From positions 32,001 through 96,000 of the IMG/VR virus record IMGVR_UViG_3300034152_000478: a stretch of 64,000 bases of DNA, one strand, 5' to 3'. Under the pieces are notes generated by a model. The model was not told where the DNA came from. It saw only the letters and a list, made by a program, of their open reading frames with translations, and searched no databases. This stretch comes from a virus. Position numbers and translations under genes: made by a program. Positions 39,123 to 48,600 of this stretch are shown piece by piece; within the stretch, counting starts at the first letter, position 1; each line of letters begins with the position of its first letter.

Positions 39123-40072
39123 TCCTCCAAGAGTTTTTCAAAATACTGACGCGTAGCAATCAGGCCGCCAGCTAATCCTACCTTAGGCTCCCATTTCAGA
39201 ATCTTTTTCGCTCGTGTTACATCTGGCATTCTTTGTTGTGGATCATGCTTGTCGCGTCCTTTGTGTTCAATCTTGATTGGCTTATCTACGGAGAACATGT
39301 TTTGGATAATCTTAGCAAAATCAGTGATTGTTTCTCCATGAGTAGAACCGAGATTTGTAGGACCAGGATAGCGCGAAGCCATAGCCAGCTTAAGGCCAAT
39401 TACCATGTCATTGACGTAACAGAAGCATCGCATTTGCCCCCCACCAAATATTGGTAGAGACCTGCCCTGGATTGCTCTCACAAGAAACTCTGACACCACA
39501 CGACCATCATCGACCCGCATGCCTGGGCCATATGTGTTGAATATTCTAACGATTGTAGTTTTGATATCATACAGAAGACGAGCATTTTCTACGATGGTTT
39601 CTGCTGTTCGTTTAGACTCATCATAGCATGCACGATCCGAAAGTACGTTCACATTGCCGCAGTATTCTTCCTTCTGTGGAATTTGTTCTGGGTCGCCATA
39701 TACTTCCGAAGTGGAAGTCAATAGCAGCTTGGCACCATGAACTCTTGCCAGCTCACACATGGCCATTGTGCCCATTACATTAGTGGTGATTGTTTCCATG
39801 GGATATTGCTTGTACCATACCGGACTTGCTATAGAAGCCAGATAATAGATTTCATGAAAGACAGTGTTGTTTGTGCGTGTCGCTATGGCTTTAGGCGTGA
39901 TTAACTCTACGCTTCCCTGTAGGAAATTAACTCTGGGATCATCTCGAATCATAATGGGCGATGGACAGCGCATATTATCCAGACACCAAACTTTGTGACC
40001 ATCATCGGCCAAGCTTTTACAAAGATTGACGCCGATAAACCCTTGACCACCAGTAACAAGTATATTTTTCAT
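39119..40072 (-). CDS. uxs: UDP-glucuronate decarboxylase (UDP-xylose synthase)-like extended SDR
   Basis: ILVTGGQGFIG, IYYLASIASPVWY, LLTSTSEVYGDP, GNVN..SDRACYDESKR, VRIFNTYGPGM..DDGRVVS.F, HDPQQRMPD: the motif set of UXS1/UXS enzymes. Start at 40072 by ATGA coupling. Confidence 0.85.
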   Translation of the reverse strand: MKNILVTGGQGFIGVNLCKSLADDGHKVWCLDNMRCPSPIMIRDDPRVNFLQGSVELITPKAIATRTNNTVFHEIYYLASIASPVWYKQYPMETITTNVMGTMAMCELARVHGAKLLLTSTSEVYGDPEQIPQKEEYCGNVNVLSDRACYDESKRTAETIVENARLLYDIKTTIVRIFNTYGPGMRVDDGRVVSEFLVRAIQGRSLPIFGGGQMRCFCYVNDMVIGLKLAMASRYPGPTNLGSTHGETITDFAKIIQNMFSVDKPIKIEHKGRDKHDPQQRMPDVTRAKKILKWEPKVGLAGGLIATRQYFEKLLEE

Positions 40073-40530
40073 TCGTCTTTCTCCCATGGCCAAACTACCC
40101 AATCAGTTGTACCATAGACGTAATAATCTGGCTCCCAATACCAAGGCTTCCAAATCAAGGTTGCGAAGATGAAATGACGCGGTCCTCCAGCATTCATATG
40201 GAAATCGAGCAACTCTTTCGTTTTGCCTGTGTCTATGATATCGTCAACCATCAGGATCTCATGTGGTAGCACTTCGATTTCAGTCGGATTGTAAGGGTCG
40301 ACCACAATCAGAGGCACCTCAAACTCATAGCTCAACATGGTGGCTGGTATAAGCCCTCCTCTGTTGACTCCAGCTATTACCTCGAAATGGGACTTGCCCG
40401 ATCGGATTTTTTCAGCCAGAGCCTGCACCATATGATCTACATTATCCCATGTTATTACCCGCTTGGTATTCGATGGGCTCCGGAATCGAGACTGAGACTT
40501 GTGTGTATGGAAATCAGACACTTTAGCCAC
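40069..40530 (-). CDS. Type I phosphoribosyltransferase (xanthine/guanine PRT-like)
   Basis: GVNRGGLIPA, PRPP loop LMVDDIIDTGKT, C-terminal WVVWPWE. Confidence 0.85.
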   Translation of the reverse strand: MAKVSDFHTHKSQSRFRSPSNTKRVITWDNVDHMVQALAEKIRSGKSHFEVIAGVNRGGLIPATMLSYEFEVPLIVVDPYNPTEIEVLPHEILMVDDIIDTGKTKELLDFHMNAGGPRHFIFATLIWKPWYWEPDYYVYGTTDWVVWPWEKDE

Positions 40531-41356
40531 GTTTTACCAAAATCGCCTGAGAGGCGCTCAGCGGCCTTCTCCTGCGATCTGCCGTGTACTTGACTCCTAC
40601 GTCATGTTTGTCCCAGCCGTCCCAAGAGGAGGCCATAGCGGCGCTCAGAGAGACGATTACAGTTGCTCCGAAGGCGTGCATGGCATTACACCATTTTTGG
40701 AGCATTTTTGCGTCGTCCATGTCGAATTCTGTTGAGTATTCAGCGTGTGTATCGCAGTAGGGTGGATCAACGTATATTACATGTCCAGTGAGATCGCCGA
40801 TGTCTATTAACTTCTTGAAATATTCCTGGTAGTCGCAACTCCAGATTTCCGTATTATCCAAGATACTTCCGGCTGCCATAAGGTGGTTCTTGTTGTACAG
40901 ATTCTTGAGAGGCTTCCCATAGGGCACATTGTAACGATAGGCTGCGCCAGAACGGCTTTCCACCAGCTTGAAACGCATCATGGAATTATAGGACAATTTA
41001 TTCATATAATAGAACTTGGCTACTAAGGCAGGACTAAGCTCCCAGGTGTCTGTTGGAAATATAGCTTCACTACGAATGCGGAGATAGTCCTCTTTTGCCT
41101 GTTGGGTGCTTAGCGTATCTAACAAATTGATCACAGCACAGAGATGTTTTGGAAGCTGGGAGTAGAAGGCCATCAAAAGTCTGAATTGGTCATTGATGGT
41201 CGCGTGTTTGGGCATTAAATCAAAGAATACTGCACCGCCGCCAAAAAACGGCTCATGGTACCATTCAAAGTCTTTGGGTATATGTGGTCGAATGTGTTTG
41301 AGTTGGCGCTGCTTTCCGCCAAGCCATCTAAGTATCGGTTTCATTGTCATCTCCAT
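40523..41356 (-). CDS. dam: DNA adenine methyltransferase (Dam/D12 class)
   Basis: LRWLGGK, EPFFGGGAV, INDQ, YVDPPY. Confidence 0.9.
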   Translation of the reverse strand: MEMTMKPILRWLGGKQRQLKHIRPHIPKDFEWYHEPFFGGGAVFFDLMPKHATINDQFRLLMAFYSQLPKHLCAVINLLDTLSTQQAKEDYLRIRSEAIFPTDTWELSPALVAKFYYMNKLSYNSMMRFKLVESRSGAAYRYNVPYGKPLKNLYNKNHLMAAGSILDNTEIWSCDYQEYFKKLIDIGDLTGHVIYVDPPYCDTHAEYSTEFDMDDAKMLQKWCNAMHAFGATVIVSLSAAMASSWDGWDKHDVGVKYTADRRRRPLSASQAILVKRG

Positions 41357-41531
41357 TAAGGTCTACACCCATTGCTCGTAAAACTATACGAATATCCTCC
41401 CAGGCTTTTCTCCAGTCATCTGGATTATCTGAGTATGTTACTATGTCCATATTAAGACAGGCTTCGATCAATTCATCTACGTGCTGCATTTTTTTACAGA
41501 CCCGCTTGAAGTCGTCATTTATTGGGTCCAT
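41328..41531 (-). CDS. Hypothetical protein
   Basis: 67-aa ORF filling the gap, with a GGAG RBS. Confidence 0.5.
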   Translation of the reverse strand: MDPINDDFKRVCKKMQHVDELIEACLNMDIVTYSDNPDDWRKAWEDIRIVLRAMGVDLNGDDNETDT

Positions 41532-42520
41532 ATTGCATTCTCCACATAATCAAGCAGTTTGCGCATACGTGCCTCATATGTGTGATGTTTTCGTAGTGAT
41601 CTTACTTTCTGTGTCACATGCCACAGTGCTCCTGCATTATGGTTGAAATGGTTTAGTAATGCATCAAAGTTATAATTGTCGTAATAAATAATATTTTGTC
41701 CACCCTCAAACATTGCAAGCTGTTCAGGAGTCTCATGCAGATCGGCTGGTCGATGGGTCATGCATGGAATACCAGCCCCCATTGCCTCGAAAATTCTCTG
41801 CTGAAATGCATAAGAACCGAGACGCTCCGGGGGTCCCAACTCTTTGTGATATAGTCCCAAGTTTAAGACAAGATGGTGCTTCTGATATATCTCGTTCACC
41901 AGCTTCGCACCGAAAATTGTATGTACACTCAGTTGATCGCCGAGAATCTTCTTGGCCCTATCAATCATGTGAATGCGATTACACCATTTACCTCCAACCG
42001 ACCCAACAAAACATGCGAGCTTTTTCTCGATTTTAGTTTCTGGGAATTTTAGAATTGGAGAGTACCATTTCGGATTGAACGCCTGCGGTAGAAAGATACA
42101 CTTCTTAGCTCCGTTGTCAAGGTATAAGGGGATTTCACCCTCGTCAAATGTAGCCCACAGATCGAAATGCTCAGCTTGAGATTTGAATCGCTGCATGTAG
42201 CTGCCAAGCCTGATCGGCTCACTATTCCAACACACCGTGAAGCTTCGCTTGAGTCCCTCGCCTACCAGGCGATGATCGAACGCTTTCGGCGGTAAACCTG
42301 GACCTACTACCAGCACGATCTTATGCCGCACCACAGAGAGTATATCACCCACATCTTTCCAGGTGAAGTTATTCTTTTGAGGATGGCGATTACTCATTCG
42401 AATGTAGGGAGGATCGAGAATGTCTACCTGATGCCCCAGAGTCTCTAAGGCATCCACTATGCCGCATTCAGCAGCATGGCCAGCATTATTGAAGTATTTG
42501 CCTATTACGCATATGTTCAT
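41519..42520 (-). CDS. GT-B glycosyltransferase (CgeB/Glyco_trans_1_2-like)
   Basis: FLPQAFNP, ACFVGS, QRIFEAMGAG, HHTYEARMRKLL. Confidence 0.8.
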   Translation of the reverse strand: MNICVIGKYFNNAGHAAECGIVDALETLGHQVDILDPPYIRMSNRHPQKNNFTWKDVGDILSVVRHKIVLVVGPGLPPKAFDHRLVGEGLKRSFTVCWNSEPIRLGSYMQRFKSQAEHFDLWATFDEGEIPLYLDNGAKKCIFLPQAFNPKWYSPILKFPETKIEKKLACFVGSVGGKWCNRIHMIDRAKKILGDQLSVHTIFGAKLVNEIYQKHHLVLNLGLYHKELGPPERLGSYAFQQRIFEAMGAGIPCMTHRPADLHETPEQLAMFEGGQNIIYYDNYNFDALLNHFNHNAGALWHVTQKVRSLRKHHTYEARMRKLLDYVENAIWTQ

Positions 42521-42544
42521 TTATAGCAACCTTACTGTAGTTTA

Positions 42545-42736
42545 CTATGATTTATCGCCGAAAAACTCATCCAAAAGCTCCTCCAACATACAGACTCGTC
42601 CCAAAGCAGACATCTTCAAGTTGCGGTAGAGCACTGCTTCCATGTTGGTTTCTGCGTCTTCTTGCGCTTCTTCCAATCTCGCGTATTCAGACTTGTAGTC
42701 TTTCAGCAGCTCTCGTAGTCGTTTCTTGGTTATCAT
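42545..42736 (-). CDS. Hypothetical protein
   Basis: 63 aa; TAATG coupling. Confidence 0.5.
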   Translation of the reverse strand: MITKKRLRELLKDYKSEYARLEEAQEDAETNMEAVLYRNLKMSALGRVCMLEELLDEFFGDKS

Positions 42737-42993
42737 TAATCTGGTGGCATTTCATCAAGGGGCTCAAGAGGCATTTGACGGGGTGGCAATTCGTACTCCA
42801 TCGGTGTGTAAGAATGGAATACTTCTACAGAAACGATAATAGCTGCTATCGCCTGCCTTGATCTAATATAGCCACCGCATTTTCTTACAAGCCTGTCGGC
42901 TTCGCGCACTCTTGCAAGCACTGCCTGCTTGAATGCTTCATCATGGTTTTCGTCCTTTAACATTGCATGGGCAATCGCTTCAGCTTCGCTCAT
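42736..42993 (-). CDS. Hypothetical protein
   Basis: 85 aa, overlaps the GT stop; GGAG RBS. Confidence 0.5.
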   Translation of the reverse strand: MSEAEAIAHAMLKDENHDEAFKQAVLARVREADRLVRKCGGYIRSRQAIAAIIVSVEVFHSYTPMEYELPPRQMPLEPLDEMPPD

Positions 42994-44722
42994 TGTTAGT
43001 CTTCTCCATTAAGGCTTCAAACTTAGAAATCACCATTTCTACTGGCACATTAAGACAGCCGCGCTGTGAACAGTTCTTCCATTCGCCATGTTGGCAACGC
43101 ATACGCTTATCGCACGGCAACATTGCTATTGCGAGGTTTTTGTTAAGCGGCATATTCTTGATAGGATTTGTAAATGTCCAGACAGCAACGGTCGGTATTG
43201 CGAAACAGGCTCCAATGTGAAGTAATCCCCCGTCATTACCAATGAGACCTTTCCCTCCTGCAATAACTGCGGCAGATTCTTTAATACTGAGTCTTCCGCA
43301 GAGGTTAACGATTTTTCCTTCGCACAATGAATGTCCGGCAGCATGAAGAATTTCTTCGGCTTCTTCTTTGTCATCTTGATCTCCAAGCAAAGCGATGTTA
43401 TAGTTGGGCAATAGATGTTGAATCAATTGGGCATAGTTATTATTGCCCCAATGCTTCAAACTCCAATGTTCTTCGTGCAAATATCCTGCTGCTATACAAA
43501 TGTAATCGCGCTCTGGCACCAGGCCAAGCTCAACGCCAGCTATTTCTCGGTTCTCCTGCGTGATAAAACACTCAACAGAAGGAAACCTCTTGGGCGGATC
43601 ACAATTCATGGCATATGCCAAATCCATGTTGTAGTGAGCTTCGTGCTTGGCCCATACTCCTCCCTTTTCGGATGGCCTAATAATCTCTTTGGACAACTGC
43701 ATTGCCGCCGAATAGTAAATCGATGCAGTCGGAGAGAGTAGTAGATAATCAAATCCTCCTATTGAATGCACAAAATGATTGTGGTGTCTTGTTATCAGAT
43801 CATCTATAACTGGCCAACCTTGCAAAATGTCGCTGCCGCGTGGCCATGTTAATACTGAGATTCTCGCATCCGGATAATGATAGCGCAGAGTCTTTAACAT
43901 CGGAGTTGTCAGAATCAAATTGCCCATACCGGAATTGATAATGAAACCAATTTTCAGGCGTTCCTTGTGTTCAAAAGCTTCCGCAGGAGCCTTGGCCTGT
44001 AAAAGTGGATGATCCTTGACTATTTCTGGAATATGGCTTGTGGTGTGGAATTTGACACCGGGACGCTTCATATGCTCGCCATGTAGCTCCCACTTGAATT
44101 CCCCATGAGTCTCAGTTCTGTCGCGTATTTTGGTTAACATGCGGCTGGGGTTGCGCACATAGGAGTAGTGATAGAATTGGGCTATTGATCCTCGTGCGTG
44201 TTTAAGTACCTCGCCAGTCGGCTTGACCAAGTGGTTGGGGTCGGTGAATCTATATCCCTTGTCGACCAGAAATAAACGAGGGAAATCAATCGTGACATAA
44301 TGGAAGGCGTCATTGACAAACGTAAGCGATGTAGCGTCAAAGAATTCTGCATCCGTTCTCTGCGTAGCTGCAACAATCTTCTCCACCTCTTCAGGTTCAT
44401 AGATTTCATCAGAATCCACAATCCACATAAAGCACTTGCCAGGCACAAAATCAAAGAAGCGACTTCGTTGTTGAAGTTGGGTTGGCTCGTTGAGTAAATG
44501 AAGTTCGAGACGATCTGTTCCAAATTCATTTTGTAATCTCTGCAGAATTTCTATTGTGCCATCGGTAGAGCGAAGTTTGCCACAAGTTTTTGCGCATGTT
44601 CCCCACGATCCTTCGAAAACAATTATCTTGTCAACATAATTTATAACGCTACGAATTGATGGCTCTATAAAGGCAGACTCCTCAAAAGCAACCATGTGAA
44701 CAATCAAGGGAAATTTAGACAT
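42980..44722 (-). CDS. Bifunctional glycosyltransferase: GT2-like (GT-A) + GT9-like (heptosyltransferase-type GT-B)
   Basis: N-terminal STDGT...WIVDSDE (DxD); C-terminal [38 protein letters not shown] and a Cys cluster. Confidence 0.85.
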   Translation of the reverse strand: MSKFPLIVHMVAFEESAFIEPSIRSVINYVDKIIVFEGSWGTCAKTCGKLRSTDGTIEILQRLQNEFGTDRLELHLLNEPTQLQQRSRFFDFVPGKCFMWIVDSDEIYEPEEVEKIVAATQRTDAEFFDATSLTFVNDAFHYVTIDFPRLFLVDKGYRFTDPNHLVKPTGEVLKHARGSIAQFYHYSYVRNPSRMLTKIRDRTETHGEFKWELHGEHMKRPGVKFHTTSHIPEIVKDHPLLQAKAPAEAFEHKERLKIGFIINSGMGNLILTTPMLKTLRYHYPDARISVLTWPRGSDILQGWPVIDDLITRHHNHFVHSIGGFDYLLLSPTASIYYSAAMQLSKEIIRPSEKGGVWAKHEAHYNMDLAYAMNCDPPKRFPSVECFITQENREIAGVELGLVPERDYICIAAGYLHEEHWSLKHWGNNNYAQLIQHLLPNYNIALLGDQDDKEEAEEILHAAGHSLCEGKIVNLCGRLSIKESAAVIAGGKGLIGNDGGLLHIGACFAIPTVAVWTFTNPIKNMPLNKNLAIAMLPCDKRMRCQHGEWKNCSQRGCLNVPVEMVISKFEALMEKTNNERS

Positions 44723-45183
44723 GCAAATTCTCCAAAGTGATGTTTGGCTGCTTTATCATATGCTAATGCCGCTTCTTTTGCTGAATCAAAATATCCGAGA
44801 AATAGATGTTGTTTTGGTAAACTAATGAATGCTTCCCATTTGTTGTGTGATTGTTTCCAGCTCACTCCTTTAAACTTGGAGCTTTTTGATTTTGTGGTTT
44901 TTCTTTTTCTCCGTATATTATTTTGTGGTGTTATGATTCTTATATTGTGTCTTCTGTTGTCAAGACCATTGCAATTAACATGATCTACATGCCGACTATC
45001 TCCAGGCATTAATCCCAAAAGAAATCTGTGCATATAGATATATGGCCCATTTTTACCTTGGCGTCTTGCCGCATAAAAATGGTTTTTTGTTGCTATAGTG
45101 TGCCAACTGTGTTCAATCAATACACTATAGTCTTCATCATCTACGAGTGCAAATTTATTCTTGGTTAAGGGGATTTTCTTCAC
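44704..45183 (-). mobile_element. HNH-AP2 homing endonuclease gene
   Basis: YMHRF...[17 protein letters not shown] (HNH) plus SKFKGVSW...[18 protein letters not shown] (AP2); more AT-rich than its neighbours. Confidence 0.85.
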
Positions 45184-45197
45184 AACAGCATGCTCCT

Positions 45198-45236
45198 CTC
45201 TATATAAATATCGGTCTAATATGAAATGAAATTACA
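45198..45236 (-). promoter_or_regulatory. Candidate promoter TGTA-N16-GACCGATA-N6-TAGAG (copy 1)
   Basis: Same blocks and spacing as 49903-49941. Confidence 0.6.
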
Positions 45237-45656
45237 TTAATTTTGCTTAATGTCTATGATTTCTATTTGATGATGATCACATGTCTGAACATATTCCGGA
45301 ATATAGTAGCCTTTATAATCAAGCTTACCATTTTCATCTGCAACCCACCAACCTGGACACGGCCCAGAAGCTGCTACTGGATCTTTAGTCATATCGTAGG
45401 TACCAAGCCAGGTAGTGCATATTTTGCAGCGATGTACATAGCATGCTATTTTTGACTCTGCTCTACGATCTCTGAAAATTCGCCGCAAGTCTGCCAGTTC
45501 TTCTGTTAGATTATGCAATATAGTATCAGGACATTCTTCAAGCTTATTGTTTTCTACGTAATATTTTGCTATCTCACATAACCATTGCATTTCTCTTTTG
45601 ACTGCTGCAATTTTGCCCACGAAATGCTGGAAACTATCTTCATTTATATACTGCAT
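45237..45656 (-). CDS. Hypothetical protein (Cys/His-rich C-terminus)
   Basis: 139 aa; overlaps the GT stop; AAGGAG RBS. Confidence 0.55.
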   Translation of the reverse strand: MQYINEDSFQHFVGKIAAVKREMQWLCEIAKYYVENNKLEECPDTILHNLTEELADLRRIFRDRRAESKIACYVHRCKICTTWLGTYDMTKDPVAASGPCPGWWVADENGKLDYKGYYIPEYVQTCDHHQIEIIDIKQN

Positions 45657-48600
45657 TTGAATGCTCCTTTCAGCGGGTGTTGCATATCCACCTGGAGAAT
45701 CAACTCCTTATCTTCTTTGATTCTTTCTTCGATATCTTCAGTCGTATTATGAGTCCAACTGTTGCGGCCATGATAAGTGCTGCTCCAGAATCCACCGCGC
45801 TTTTTCTTGGTCTCCAAATCGGCCCAGCTATAATGCACAATATGTGGCATAGCCTCTGAAATCTGTTGCATCATAGTTTTGTAGTTTTCCAGAAATTCAG
45901 CCGGAACCTCCTGGCCTTCACGGAATAGCTTTACCACCTCAATGTGTAGCTTAGCAGCTTGTGGCGGCAGAATAGAAACATGTGGCGCAATTGCCAATGT
46001 GTCCCTATCGATATACTCGCAGCCATCGCTCTTGCGCTTGTCGAACACCACTTGCATGGTTTCCGGATCGAAATCACGTGCTTCGCCATATACGCCATGG
46101 ATAATTTTTGGATCGTTTTTGCTCAATCTCCACTTCCAGATAGAATCATCCACTCTGATGGTGTTGTCGCCACCATACATGTTGATTACTGGGAAGTCGA
46201 AAATCGGCACCTTGCGATTAGCTCGTATCAGGTCGCGTATCTGTCCCGGATGTGGTTCAACCAGCATTTCATCAGCATCAAGCTGTATCAGATACTCACC
46301 CGTGCACTGCTGACGTGCCCATGTCTTCTCGTTGCCCATGAGCATTGGATCGTCCATGTCCCACTCATGCTGCAATACCTTGAGTTTTGGCTCATTCTTT
46401 GCAAGAAACTGCAGGTCTTCGAAGGTGCCGTCAGTAGATCCACCATCGACTATCACAAATTCGTCTGCAACTTTCAGTGCCTCCTTAATACATGCTATAT
46501 ATGGAAAGCGATTTTCATTGCCATTCTTGATGATGCAATATGCTGATATGTTAATAGGCTTGGGTGGCTTAATGTGTTCATTACCAAGCTCTTCGCGCAT
46601 TGCATCAACAATAGTGTCGGGAACAATATTGTCGATACACTTTGGCTTGCCCTGCTTCTTCTGGATACATTCGACAAGATGGCAGCTTGTGTAGCAGCCA
46701 CTGCGATTCTCTGGCTCAATAGCCTTGCTATTCTGTATGCCCCCCTGGCGAGCATAGGTACCACCATATACGACAATGGATCGAGTATTCACTGCAGAGG
46801 CAACATGCGCAGGAAATGAATCAAGTCCTACGTGTAATGCCGCATTCTCAATAAGATAGGCAAGCTGCTGTGGTGTGGTCTCTCCGCGCATGTCCACCAC
46901 ATCGGGATGCTCTAATAGCGGTTCATCTTTGCTCCCTATTTGTACTATCTTAACACCATGGACACGAGAAAACACCTCTTCCCAGTTGCTATAGTCTTTA
47001 GGATCTTGAGTAGTCTTGGCATGGAAGGTAATGTATTTGCCTTCAAAGGGTAGTTCGACTGGCTCTTTCCCGATTCTTATCTTCTTACGCACCTCGTCAT
47101 CGGTTAGGGACAGCCCACACAAGTGTCCGTATGTTACAGCTAAAGAGTCGCCTTTGCCACCATGAATCCAGTGAGGTATTCTCTGTGTCACAATGAATGG
47201 ACAGAAGCACAAATCCACAAACCCACGAGCCGGACCGAATGGCTCTGCTGATCTGTAGTTCAATAGATTGTCATCGTATTCAAACACCTTGGAGATGACA
47301 GGATTATCTTTCAGAATGGGAAAATAGCGCTTTTCTGTGGCGAAATAGATAGTTGCCTCTGGATACTTTTCTTTCAGTGCCTTAATGACTGCTGTAGACA
47401 ATAGCACATCGCCAGCAGTTTGAGGCATGCAATACATGATCCTAAACTTGTCATCTGGATTCATTTCTTCTGCTATTTGCTCAAGCGGATTCTTAGATAT
47501 TACAACCTCTCCAGGCTTCTTGTCTTTTGATCCCTTGATCATTTCAATAGCGTGATTTTTAGCTTCAGTAATATTGCGGAAGTACTTTTCGATTTCTTCT
47601 CTTGGTTGTCCACGCTCTATGTTGCCAAGCCAGTTGGTCATGCCTTCTTCATCAGGCTCACGACCCAGTAGTTGTTTGTAGCATTCTACAATGAACTCCC
47701 TGTCGTTCAATCCTTCTTTTTCAGCCAGGCTTTCCTCTGGCATACTTAGTGGCTCTTCATCGGTGTCCCAGGTTTCATTGCGGTCTTTGATCTCTATGCT
47801 GTCGAGAATCCACTCCCACTTCTTAGCAGTCAAATCCCAGTTGTAATGTGTCTCGATGCATTCGCGGGCGGCACGACCGAGCTTTTCTATCATGCCTTTT
47901 TTCCTGAATAGCTTAGTGAGCTTTTCGACAAAAACTTCTCTGTCAAACCAATGCCTCCATTGCATTGTCTCACTCTCAGTTTCCAGGTCGCCTCTTACTG
48001 GGATGCCGCCGCCATTACGTGCCTTCTCATAAAGCGCCGCATAATCACTCATGATAACTGGCACGCCACAAGCTTTTGCGTTTTGCACTGGCATTCCATC
48101 ACCTTCGGCGATGCTCATTTGGATATATACATCCATCAGTCCGAAGATATTAGCAAAGTGCTCGTCTGGTAGTCCCACTTGTGTATTCGGAGTATCAAAC
48201 GTGGAATTTTTGCAGTTCGGACATTGGGCGGGTGAGCCTATAAAAGTACTAACACCAAACGTGCCACACTTAGTACACAGATAGGTGAAGTAAACCTCAC
48301 CCTCAAGTCCTTCTCTTCTGATGGCTTCTGGGATATCAAACCCAACATCCCTGACTCCGGTGTGTAGCAACAGCTTGATGTTATCAATATCTTTAATGCG
48401 CTTCTTTTGAGGGTCAGGATGCATCCAGCCATTGGCGTCTTTGAACATCCTAAAGGACTCAATGATTCTTGGAAACAGCTTTCGCTTCTGGTTGCGCATA
48501 ACTGTGCCGACAAAGCGAACTCGTGGGTCGATGTTGAATCTCGCCTTAATCTGGTTCTTGTCCATCGGCTTGAATGTTTCAATGTCAATGCCAGGCTGAC

